This document shows, piece by piece, positions 15,484 through 38,424 of a stretch of 64,000 nucleotides of DNA. Where the stretch lies: contig NC_133617.1 of assembly GCF_048593235.1 (NCBI RefSeq), forward strand, positions 488,788,958 to 488,852,957. Direction: 5' to 3'. Below the pieces are notes generated by a model that was not told the DNA's origin, ran no database searches, and was given only the letters and a program-made list of their open reading frames with translations. The number at the start of each line of letters is the position of its first letter. Position 1 is the first letter of the stretch. Origin of the DNA: Sminthopsis crassicaudata. Its lineage: Eukaryota. Position numbers and translations under genes: made by a program.

Positions 15484-16684
15484 AGTGCAGAGAGCGAGGG
15501 CTTTGGGAAGAAGCAAATAGAAGATGAAGCAGCGGCTGTCACACATCGATGGTTTGGAAGGGGTCCCAGTAAGAGAACCACAGGCTATCCTCAAGGTAGG
15601 CCCAGGAAGAAAGCCTTTGGCAGCCTGACTCAGGTCTGTATTCCCCTTCCAAAAGCCCTGAGCCAAGAAGAGGAGCCCAACACCACCTATCACAAAGTGG
15701 AAAAACAAACTCAGGTAGAGGGACGTTATTTCCTCCTTCTCTCCCCTGAAGCTCTGAGTAGTGGGGTCAGGATAGGCCAGGCCAGGCTGGCCTTTCAAGG
15801 AAGATCCCAGTGACACGTTTGGTTTCCTCAAAGCTGAGCTGCTCTCTCCTAGCCTTCCCTTTCCCATAGAGCCTATAGTGATGGGCTTGGTACATTCTGA
15901 GAGCCTCCTTTCTTTGGAAAAGTACATTTGATTCACTTTGGTTTTCACATTATTGAGAATTAATTGATGGCAGCTATGCCCATTTTGGTAGTTCCTGAAG
16001 TGTTGGCCCCTCCCATTTCTTAGGTTCTCTTCCAGTAGAGTTATGCTTTCTAGAGGTATTCCCAAAGTCAGAACTGATTTTTCCTGAAGAGTCCCCCAAG
16101 CATACTCTGTTTAATGAAGCTTTTTAGCATTGTCCAAGTTCAGTCTTGGTCCTACCTTTGAAGCTCCAGGGCCATGCAGTGGTTCCCTTTAAAGAACAGG
16201 ACTTGTCTCCCTACTCCCATCCCTTGGAATTGTTAGTTATCTTTCCACTTGGATAGGTCTCCCAGTGCTAAGCAACAAATACATTTTATTTCCAAGTTAT
16301 TAGGAGCTCTAAGGATAGGGCATACAACAGTGCCTCCAAATTGGAGGGCCCCCTCCTGTTGCCTCTTTATTGGCAACTGCCCCATGGCTTTGATGCACCA
16401 GAAGAAATTGCCTTACCTCCAAACAGAGCCTTTTCCCCCTCTAGTCTTTGTGCCAACACAACCTGTTTCTCTCAAAGTTCCATCCTTTCTTCCTCCTGGC
16501 TAGGGTGGGAACAGGGGAGAGGATGCTAAAGGGGAATGGAGAAATAGACTTCTGTGGAGGTCTCGTCCAATCCCAGAAATCACCACCCACATAGATTTTG
16601 CTACTCACCGAGCACCCCAGGGAGCCCTCCCCTTCCTCTGTAATAATGGGGGATCAACTCTTGACACTGAATTTTCTTTTGTAC

Positions 16685-16690
16685 AATAAA
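16685..16690 (+). terminator. ORAI3 polyadenylation signal AATAAA
   Basis: ttgtacAATAAActttgtttg, about 1.2 kb after the stop, with upstream UGUA and downstream GU-rich sequence. Confidence 0.8.
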
Positions 16691-17929
16691 CTTTGTTTGA
16701 AACACATCACTGTGATTGTGTAGGACTGGTTCTCTATTTTTTGAAAGGGAAGAGCAACAGATGGGATCACTTATTCCTAGTTACTAAAGATTAAGGATAG
16801 AAGGCTGAGAATTGAGGCTTGGGTTCTGGGAAAGAAGTGTGCCTTGGTGGTGAGGGAATAAGGTGGAGTAATGATCAAAGGGATTACCTGGAGACAGCAA
16901 AAGACCCAGCAAATTGTGCCAGAGAGGGAAGCATCCAGACTTATGAAGATGGCAACTTGTCTTAAAAACTAAACAAAAAGGTTCAGATAAGAGTAGAAAA
17001 GACTCAACTCCAAGTGGGCTGACCTGAGGAGGGCAGAGGTGGGAGGAAAGGATAGGTTGAGCCAGTCCAAGTGGATGGGCTATCCCCCAAAAAAATATAT
17101 TGGAAAGGAAGGGTTGGACTCAGGGTCCTTGGGTACTCCTTATCTACTTGCTGGGTCAAGGGACAAGTGGGAACCCAGTGGTTGGCAAGGCTGCCTGATG
17201 GAATTGTTTTAGGACTCTCCCTTTATTGCTTGCAAAGCCCTGGTTTAGCACATTCCCTGCTATCTCTGACAAGTCCTGGGGCCAGTGACTTATTCCTTCT
17301 CTGTCCTGGAGGACTGTAGTCCTCAGTTTCCTAATCTGGCCTGTCCCAATGCAAATAATACCAAGAGGCCCATTTTGGAAGGGGAACTGTCATAGGGCCT
17401 GAGGAGTCTCTGCTGAGCCTTATATTTCATCTGGAAATTGGAATGGAGGAAAAACTGAACCCTGAAAATGGACATTTCAGGAAAATGTTTCCAGACCACG
17501 ATGGAGGCGGGAGGGGGGAAGGGCAGGGCCAGGACAGGTTGCTCCAATCCACACCCCTCCCCTTCCAATCGTTTTTTTGTTTTGTTTTTTTTCCCTTTTC
17601 TCAAGATCCTAAACATTTTTAGTCGGTCCTTCAAAGCAAGAGGCCATCCCACCATTGTTCCTCATTTTCCCCCAAAAGTTAATATAACTCAGAGAGAAAA
17701 GAACCCCGGGGATCATTTAGTCTTAATTTCGGGGGATGAAGAGTACTCTAGGTACTAGTTGCCACAGTATTCATTCGCACTCCTGACCCCGTGTCCCCGA
17801 AATTTTAATCTTCCTTACGTGGGTAACGACTTCCCGCTTAGATCGCACCCAACAGTTTCCTCCTTTGAGGTGGGTGGTGAATTATGCCCATTTCACAGAT
17901 AAGGAGACCGCCTCGAGGAGTGATGACGC

Positions 17930-19760
17930 TGGCTCAAGGTGTTCGTTCAAGGTCACGGCAGAGCCCAGCAGAGCCCAGAGTTCCATCACTAAGGTCAAAA
18001 GCGCCACTATAATGTCCACAAGACCGCGTGAGGATGGGGTGGGGAGGGGTGGGATGGCAAGTTTGGGGCCCGACCCCGGGCTTCAGGAAGAACCCTCCTC
18101 CCTACCCCCTCCTCCCCTCCCCCGCCGCCACATCTCTCCGCCCCGCCCCCTGGCAGGCCCTGCCTCAAAGCTCCGCCCTTCCCGCGAGCTGTCCCGCTCC
18201 CGCTCGCAGATTCGCATTTCTGTCAAACTCCAGGATGGTGATCTGCAGATTCGTTCCTTCCATGACAAGCCTATTTAGGATGGCCCCGACCTAGACCTTT
18301 AATTCAGGCGTGGGTTTCTTTGGATTCATTTTCTATGTTTAATGCCAGAGCAGGAAATTTTAATAGCATTTACAAGAAACACCAACCAAAGATGAGAAAC
18401 CGAATTCGATTGCTGAAAATTACATGAGTGTACACTTAACACCGACATTATATTTACAGTATGGACCCGGTAGGCTGAGTGAAGGGAGATTACGGAGCTT
18501 AAAGTGAATCTGCGAATCCAAAATTTTTACTCTTCAGAGTGAGTCGGACGTAGGAAGAAACGCAAGTTCCAATAATGCCGATTCGCCTTTGGCGAATCTA
18601 CGGCTGTTCAACACGCTAACCTTTCTTACCCAGCTCCGGTCCGGCCTCCGCCCCTGCACTCCGCCCCCTTTTCCTCAGGGACTCGGCGCCTCTTTAGGAG
18701 TTGCAGATTCGTCACACGTCCAGAACTGGGCAAGGGGGTAATAGTAGTGAGGTCCGTTCTTCAAGGGATGCGACAGGCCTGCCGCCTCCCCTCACTTCTC
18801 CTTCCTATACCGTCCGGAGTTAAGAAAGAGGGGGAACCTCTTCTCTTCCACCCGCAAGACTTCTGGAGGCGCCAGTGTCGAATGTGCTCCGGTGAACGCA
18901 GAGCCCGCCGGGCATCGCGCAGGTGGCGGTGGTGTTTGGTGCGCGCGCCGGGGAGGAGGGAGGTGGTGGTGGGGGCGCCGCCGCCGCCGCTGCCGCTGCG
19001 GGGCCCGGGTCTCGCGCCGCCGCTGAGGTGGAGCGAGGTGGGGAAGGGAAGGGGAGGGAGCGACTCGCTCGCCCCGAGCGGGTGAGTGTAGAACGCGGTG
19101 CGCGCGCGCGCTCAGCGGGGAGGGGACGGCGCGCGCGGGTGGGGAGGGGGCGGCTCGCGGGGGTGCGCGAGGAGAGGGAAGTGCCGCGCGCGCTGCCTCC
19201 TCCCCCAGCCTTACTGCCTTCCCCCCAGACCCCCCGCCGGGGGCCCGGGCCCGGGCCGGGGCCGGGGCCGGAGGGTCTCGCGGTGTTTCCGGAGCCCCGC
19301 CACGGCCCCGGAGGAAGGTTTCACCTTCCTGGCTTGGAGCCGCAGGGTCTCTGGGCCCCAGGCAGCTGGGGGGGGGGGCGGGAAGGAGGGGTTCGGAGAG
19401 CGGTGCCTGGGACCTGGCCGGCCGCCGGTGAGGAGACAGGCGGAGGGGGCGGGGCTTAGGGGGGGCGCGCCTCTGGGCCAAGGGGGGAGGGGCCGGGCAG
19501 GGGGCGTGAGGGGCTGAGGAGAGGGTTTCTTAGCTTGGGGTCCCGGAGGAGTTTGAGCATGGAGATGACCCAGGGCACCTGGTGATGGGGAAGGGGACAG
19601 GGGGCGGGGGTGAGGGGGGTGTATACGGGACCCGGGAGACTCTTTAGGAGGTGGGAGGGGCGTGTTGAGGAGCTGGGGAAGGGGCTGGGTAGGGTAGTCT
19701 GGAAGAAAGGGAGTGGAAGAGTGCAGGAGGGACGCGGGGGGTGGCCCTTTTGGTGATGGA
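17930..19760. promoter_or_regulatory. CpG island / SETD1A promoter with GC boxes and GCGCGC runs
   Basis: Dense CpG and very high GC against a CpG-poor background; multiple CCGCCC/GGGCGG; lies 5' of the SETD1A start exon. Confidence 0.9.
18870..19081 (+). other. SETD1A: SETD1A non-coding exon 1 (5' end approximate), contains a (GCC)n run
   Basis: Consensus donor GCGG|gtgagt at 19082 inside the island; the next exon begins 15 nt before the ATG (tatag|TGTAAATG... at 20287). Confidence 0.7.
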
Positions 19761-20301
19761 AGCTTGTAGGGAAATCTTTACAAGATGGGAGTGTGTTGGG
19801 GAGAAGGTGGAAGCTGTTGAGACGGATTTGGGAAAGAGTTTGGGGGGACTGACAGGGCTGTGAGGGGGAAGTTGCATGTGTACAAAGTGTGTATAACGCC
19901 GAGGGCCAGGGCTGTGAAGGGCATGAATGAAGGAGGAAGGAGCGCAAAGCAGAGGCTGCGGGGAAGGCAGGCTGTGAGGAGAGGGGCTTCGTGCAGGGCG
20001 TATGGCGGAAGGTGGGGAACGGAGAGGTGACAGAAGACTAATGGAGGAAAGGGAGCTCTAGGGAATAGGTAGTGGAAGAGACGTGGGGGGGCTGCTCTAC
20101 ATATATGTATTATAGGGGAGTACTTGGGGTAAAGAGGCATATGTATTTTTAGCAGATAAAGTGATACCCCAAAAGAGGGTGGTTGCCTGTGGGGGATGAG
20201 TTAGGACTGGGGAGGGCTCTCAAGAGGAGGCCTGTGGAGGAAGGCTTTGGAAGTACAGAGCCTTACCCCCCCTTAATTGTTTATAGTGTAAATGAACCAG
20301 G

Positions 20302-32144
<11,843 letters not shown>

Positions 32145-33184
32145 GGGTTTTATGGAGGGGCTGGCTTTACCCTACCACCTCCTCTACACACACACACATC
32201 CCTAATTTATTCCCACCACAGGCTAGAGAGTCAGCTAGGGCCTGAATTGCCCTTTGACATGTTCAGACTTAGATCCTGAGCTTCTGGTTCCTGTGGTTCC
32301 CAAGATAAGGTGGGAGAAGGGTAGGGGGCATGAGGTCTCTGCAGAATAAGCAGAGAAAATCCAACCCACCATTTAGGAACCTAGATACAGGAGAAAAAAA
32401 AATTGGAGTATTCCCCTCTCCCCCTTGTGAGGAGTATGGGTCTCCCAGATTCTGGGTTGTGGGGAATGCCAAAAACATGAGGCAGGTTCTGCCCCCAACT
32501 TTTTTTTTTCTTTTCGGAGAAGAAACTGTAAATGTTTTGTAGCTGCTAGCGGCTGTTTCCTGTGGAAACCTGGGGTGCCGGCCTGTACAGATGCTGTTCT
32601 TTGAGGGGGGAGGACTTTCCCATCCCCCCGCTTTGTTTTATTGGGGGCTATTCCCCCTACACCTCTTTTCTTCTCCATTTTGGGGTCTCTGGAGCAGCTG
32701 GCCATATTTCCTTCCCTCCCCCCCTCAGGAGAGCTCTTTCCTGGACCCCAGCTGGGAATCTCTCCCTTTCCTGGTATTGAATACTCCCTCCTCCCCCAAA
32801 CCAGGGAAGATAGGGGTCTATGATTTCCCTGGCCTGTCGTCTAATCATACTGGGCCTAAAGGGCCACAAGGGGTTACTTAAAACCTGGGCCTTCTCTTGG
32901 GCTTTAGAGGCATTGAGGCCAGGCCTGAGGAAAGGGGGGGTTGGGACGTGGGAGGGTGTGTCTCCTGTTCCCCCCAAGCTGCCTCTGCCCTGTTCTTCAA
33001 AAGGCCACGTACAAATTCCCACCCCATAAATGGCTGCATAGCTGGCCAGGGGCTGGGAGAAGACATGGCACAGGCCCCCAGGGTTTGACCCCAGCTCTAT
33101 CCTCCCCACTCCTGTTGGCCTGATTTTGTACATATGTTAATAGCGCGGATGCCTCGGACCCGACGCCACATTTTTATAATTGTG

Positions 33185-33190
33185 ATTAAA
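33185..33190 (+). terminator. SETD1A polyadenylation signal ATTAAA
   Basis: ttgtgATTAAActttattgtacaaaagttgtctttgtc, about 1 kb after the stop, flanked by UGUA and GU/U-rich elements. Confidence 0.75.
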
Positions 33191-34482
33191 CTTTATTGTA
33201 CAAAAGTTGTCTTTGTCTTTGTGTTGATGGATATATATATCAGTGTCACTTTTATCTTTAGGGGAGAATGGATAGGGAGTTAAAGACTTTTGAGGTATTT
33301 GAGCATGGGTAACTTAGGATCATAAATTTAGAACTGGAATGGACTTTAAAAGATCATAGGAATTGGTATACTCGTGCATCTGTCCATCTTTCCACTCTCA
33401 TCTTGATACTGAAATCTTCCCATTCTGTTATAAGCTGTTCAACTTCAAAGATTCTGGGCCAGGTACTGGCCAATGGCATGTCACTATGAGACGAGAAATT
33501 ATAAGAATGGGTTCCTCTGAGGTGTATTCAGACTTCTTCCCCATCCTTGCTTCCCTTCCACCCTGGGGATGGGGAGCAGTGAAGGGAATAGTGGTGATGG
33601 ATCAACAGTTGGGGCCTTTGAGCCGTTTTCCCCTTCGGGAACATCCTTTTGTTTTCCATGAGTCCGGACGGCCCCAGCCTTGAGAATCGGGGACTTGAGA
33701 GAGAGTGGGATGGGCACCACCATAAGCCCCACACTTGGATTCAACTGACTGAGCATGCAGTAGCTGGTGTGGGTCAGCAGGAGGTGCTTCCTCTGCCAGA
33801 GGAGAAGGCGGAGCCAAATGGGAGTCACTCTGGATCGTAGGTTGGTTGGTTTTGAGAGGGGGCTGTGCTTAGGATAACTACTGGGATAGGGGAGGGACCA
33901 CGGAAAAGGAAAGAAGGGGGAGCTGAATTTTATAAAGAAGGGAGTAGTCAAGGTTTGCTTCTAAAGGGTTTGGGGAGGTGTCTTAAAAGCTGTAGCAGAC
34001 TACTGCGGAGCTGACCTCTTCCAGGTAGGAGGTTCTCATCCTTAGTTCCAGTGTCCTCAACCCTACCCCCCTTGTTTACTTTCACGCAACCCCCTCCACA
34101 TTCTCTTATTCAGTTCTGACAACCCGCCATCCCCTTTCCCCTCCTTATCTCCTTAGTTTAAAGTTGGGAACTAAGTGTCTGTTGGGACTGAGTTTAACAG
34201 GATACTCCTTTTCCTTCCCATCCCTCCCGGCTCCCATTACTTCGTTAGATATTGGCTCCTGGACATTTTCAGGCAGTAAAACCAGGCTGAATACAGTTCT
34301 CTGGCCTTAATGTGCATGTTCTGCCTCTACCCTTGTGGGAATTAGATTAGCCAAGTATAGTGGGGCTCTGCAAGCAAAAATAAGTCATTTGGAAAGAGCA
34401 AAGAAAACAGACCCCTGAGGAAAGGGCGGAGGAGGCTGACCACCATGGCCAGCCCAGTCTGTCTTTCCGACTACAGTTAGAC

Positions 34483-34642
34483 ATGACAGACGGAGGCCGG
34501 AATCTGGTGTACCTGGTGACAGGGGGCTGCGGCTTCTTGGGGGAACATATGATTAGGACCCTGCTGGAGATGGAGCCGCGGCTCAGAGAGCTTCGGGTGT
34601 TTGACCTTCACCTGGGGCCCTGGCTGGAGGCACTAAACCCAG
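34483..34642 (+). CDS. HSD3B7: HSD3B7 first coding exon
   Basis: [22 protein letters not shown]...; CCAG|gtgagg. Confidence 0.94.
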
Positions 34643-35237
34643 GTGAGGGAAGAGGAGATACCTCTGGACCCGTCAGGAACTCATGTGCAACCTCTAGGTC
34701 CTGTTCCTAAACAAGACCTTTCACTCCTCCCCACTACAAAGGGAGGCAACCCAGCTTTTCCCTCTGGGCCTCCTGGGGGAAGTATGTTTATGACTGGATT
34801 GCATTTGGATGGGGGAACAGTGACTCATGGATGGAAAGTTATGATTTGGAGGGTGTTACTCCAGTGGGGGTGGGGAGGAGAGGGAGTGGGAGGAATATCC
34901 TCTGTGGGGCTAGCATCTGTCCTGTGTCAGAGTCTGTGCAGGTGACTCCAATTCAGGGAGATGTGACTCGTGCAGAGGATGTGGCGGCGGCCGTAGCTGG
35001 AGCAGACGTAGTTATTCACATGGCTGGGCTGGTGGATGTGTGGGGACAGAATGAGCCCAAGGTCATCCACAGGGTTAATGTTCAAGGTGAGAGACCTTTA
35101 AACTTAGTCCATCTGGAAAGCTCCCTCCCTAATTTGTGCAACGAACTTGACCATGTCCTTTTCTCCCTTTCCCTCCCACCCATTGGTTTTCCCCTGGAAT
35201 TCTGGGCCAAGAAAACTTTGGCTGGTGGGAGGTAGGT

Positions 35238-35272
<35 letters not shown>

Positions 35273-37404
35273 GTTCGTCCCTAGAATAGGAGAGAAGCTG
35301 GGGAGAAAGGAAAACAAGTCTATCTCCTCCCTTCTTCCAGGGACTCAGAATGTGATTGAAGCCTGTGTGCAGACCGGAACTCGGTTCCTGGTGTACACTA
35401 GCAGCATGGAAGCCTTGGGGCCCAACAGCAAGAAACAGCCCTTCTACCGGTATTCCCCATCTTCCTCTACTTTCCCCCAAACCCCTCAGTCCTCCCAATT
35501 CCTGAAGGGGCCCTGTGCTGTAAAATGAAATGAAATCATCTTTCAGCATTGTTGGGGGTGACTGGAAGTCCTTAGAAAACTTTAAAGCAGAATTATGTGA
35601 GAATTGTGCAGTGGAAACCTGAAAAAAAAAACCTGAATTCAGGAGAACTGAAAGCCATGAGAAGTGAGTTCTAGGTGTGACTCTGCCACAGAAGTAGCAA
35701 CTTCTCTGAGCCCATTTCCTCAGGTCATTAGTGCAGGGCATTCCTGGCATGGAGGTACACATGGGCAAAATTGGTCTTAATATTTTGAGTGTTGCCAAAG
35801 GTACTGCCTTTGGTCCAAGATCACAACATATCTTTCTGACTTCAAGATCAGCTTTCCATTCACTATTGTGGGCTTCTTCATCTAAAAAAATTTAATAACA
35901 TCACAATATCTGCATCTATTTTGCAAGGTTTTTGAGAGGGAAACAAAATAATGTTTGTATTGCTGAAGTATTAGACTTGTCCCAGGGGATTCGAGGGACT
36001 CCCTGAGGCACAGATCACATGCCATGACGAGGATCTCCCACTTCCAGGGGCAATGAGGACACTCCCTATGAGGTGGTACACACAGAGCCCTATCCCCGAA
36101 GCAAGGCCCAGGCAGAGAGGCTAGTCCTTGAGGCCAATGGGAGAAAGGTAAGGGGGCTCAGCTGCTTGGGTCTGGGAAGCCTACAGCACTGGAGTTCACC
36201 CACTGGGGAGACCGAGGTCCATGTAGCAGAGCCAACAATGCAATTTAAATCTTCCGATCTCCGGCACATGGTTCTTCCAAGGACACCAATGAGTCCTCTT
36301 GTATGTACTGTTTACCCAGTAAGGAAACAAGAAGCCCTGGAAGATGCCAGAGGACTTAACAGTTTAGGGGTCTTCACCTATTTACCCCCATGACACATAC
36401 AAATGCAGGTAGTTAGATGGACTGGATGGGGGAAGGGGAAGGACAGAAATCTTGGGTCTCAACAACTACCTTTCCTGTCCAGGTGCGGGGTGGACTTCCC
36501 TTGGTAACATGTGCTCTACGTCCCACGGGGATCTATGGTGAAGGCCACCAGCTGATGCTCAACTTTTATCAGAAGGCCCAGAGCACTGGAGGGTGGCTCC
36601 TCAGAGCCATCTCTCCCTCTGTGGAACATGGTCGAGTTTATGCAGGTAAGGCCCAGGCGGCCTGGTTGGAGGAGTTGAACAATGTGCGGATGGAATAAGG
36701 GCCATGCAGACAAAAGCCGGCTTGTGGGACAGCAAGAACTGGGCCTGGGGAAGCTGCATGATGTGTGTGGGAAAGCGTAGAGGGAGACAGCCTCTAACCA
36801 GAGCCAGACCTGGAAAAGGGGCTGGCCCCCTGTGCTGGTGAGGTCGGTGGATGGGAAAAGGGACTGTGTGGTCAGGGAAGGAAACGGTGGGCTGCTTTCA
36901 GGGCTAGCCGGTGTTTGAGCAGCACCTGCTCTATCTGTCTCAGGCAATGTCGCTTGGATGCATCTACTGGCAGCTAGAGAACTGGGCTCCAGAGCCTCCA
37001 CAATGGGAGGACAAGTCTACTTCTGCTATGATGACTCCCCTTATAAGAGCTACGAGGACTTCAACATGGAAATCCTGGGCCGCTGTGGCATTCGCCTCCT
37101 GGGGACTCGGCCCCTTCTGCCCTACTGCCTGCTATTCTTCCTGGCTACCCTCAATGCTTTCTTGCAATGGTTACTCCGGCCTTTGGTGGTCTATACAGCC
37201 TTCTTGAACCCCTACACCCTAGCCACAGCCAGCACCACTTTCACTGTGCTCACAGACAAGGCCCAGAGACATTTCGGGTATCAGCCCCTCTATGGCTGGG
37301 AGGAATGTAGAGACCGAACTGTTTCCTGGGTGAAGACCAGAAAGGGGTACTCTGGCCCCCTTCATGGGGACAGGACCCTGGAGACAGGAGATCCTGGGCT
37401 TTAA
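34483..37404 (+). CDS. HSD3B7: 3-beta-hydroxy-delta5-C27-steroid dehydrogenase (bile acid synthesis), 382 aa; join(34483..34642,34931..35086,35341..35449,36048..36147,36483..36645,36944..37404)
   Basis: Rossmann motif [16 protein letters not shown], catalytic [23 protein letters not shown]; exons sum to 1149 nt; position between SETD1A and STX1B is syntenic with human. Confidence 0.97.
34931..35086 (+). CDS. HSD3B7: HSD3B7 coding exon 2
   Basis: gtcag|AG; [12 protein letters not shown]...VNVQ; G|gtgaga. Confidence 0.92.
35242..35271 (+). repeat. (GT)15 microsatellite in an HSD3B7 intron
   Basis: Direct reading. Confidence 0.95.
35341..35449 (+). CDS. HSD3B7: HSD3B7 coding exon 3
   Basis: tccag|GG; [23 protein letters not shown]...PFY; CG|gtattc. 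Confidence 0.92.
36048..36147 (+). CDS. HSD3B7: HSD3B7 coding exon 4 (YxxxK)
   Basis: tccag|G; [23 protein letters not shown]...NGRK; AAG|gtaagg. Confidence 0.94.
36483..36645 (+). CDS. HSD3B7: HSD3B7 coding exon 5
   Basis: tccag|GTG; [21 protein letters not shown]...GRVYA; G|gtaagg. Confidence 0.95.
36944..37404 (+). CDS. HSD3B7: HSD3B7 last coding exon
   Basis: ctcag|GC; [13 protein letters not shown]...[10 protein letters not shown]...GDPGL TAA. Confidence 0.94.
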
Positions 37405-37964
37405 ATTCCACCCCAACCAGGGGTTCTCCTCACCTAGTGGCAGTCCTGAGTGAAGGTTGCCCTGGTTTCCCATAAATGATCCTTTCTAGGGGACTTTTCA
37501 CGTAAAGATCAAACCCTAAGACGTGTGACAAATCTCATACTTTTAGATTCCTTTCTCTTAACTTTACAGAGGGAAATTCCAAACATGTTACTACCAGTGA
37601 TCAGAGCTAGGAAAAGTAGACCTGGGGCCAAATGCCATTTTCAGATGCGCATCCAGAGCATCCCCATCCCTCTCCACTGTGCTTGGAAAGACAGGCCTTG
37701 GGGAGAGCTGGATCAGCATTCTAGATCGCATTCAGGGCCTCTCCTGGCCCTCAGGCCCCAGGGACCGCAGTTCCCGGATGGCTAAGAGCCCCCGGGGATG
37801 TAGATCCGGCTCCCAACCGGCCACAGACTCCGGGCCAACTGAGAACCAGTACATTCTGTTATGCTATCTGCTGCCTTGTGGGAACCCACCATAAGGTGGA
37901 GCCCACCTGCTTGCCATCTTTACCATAGTATCAGATCAACATAGACCTCCCCAGTCACTTTGAT

Positions 37965-37970
37965 ATTAAA
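37965..37970 (+). terminator. Probable HSD3B7 polyadenylation signal ATTAAA
   Basis: First strong hexamer I found after the stop; followed by U/GU-rich catttgccttctttctcgtgt. Confidence 0.55.
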
Positions 37971-37999
37971 CATTTGCCTTTCTTTCTCGTGTCTAAATA

Positions 38000-38392
38000 A
38001 TTGAGTTTATCCTCTCCCAGACAAGCACCCGCCCGTTGGCTCCGTGTGCTAAGGCTGGCTAGTAGAAGCTGGCTCCAGACACGCTGTGCTGACCCCTCCC
38101 CTCCCCCGCCTCCCCGTCCCCAGCCCGTGTCCTCGCGTCTGCCCCAGGGGCAGCTCCCCCGGCCCGGACTCCGTGGGGCGCTACACCTCCCGCCCGGCCC
38201 TCCCTCCGTTCCCCTCCGCCCGGTCGCGACCCCCATCCCCCGCGATGGGGAGGGGAAGGAGAGGCAGCACACGGCTGACCCGCTGGCTGGACGTTTGCTA
38301 TTTTTCCCGTGGGGGCCCGGCCCGGCCCAGGGTGGGAAGGTCTCGGGACGGGACATGCAAGGCTTGGGGTGGGATCAGGGTCTTAATTTTGC

Positions 38393-38424
<32 letters not shown>

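Noticed and set aside
18747-19947. Several overlapping 110-230 aa ORFs on both strands
   Set aside because: Typical CpG-island stop depletion giving Gly/Arg/Pro/Ala low-complexity products.
35450-35458. HSD3B7 donor GTATTCCCC as a possible GT-AG U12 site
   Set aside because: Does not match GTATCCTT, and there is no TCCTTAAC branch site before the acceptor at 36047.
35082-35798. 238-aa - strand ORF across HSD3B7
   Set aside because: Crosses a (GT)n repeat and a sense exon; no family signature.
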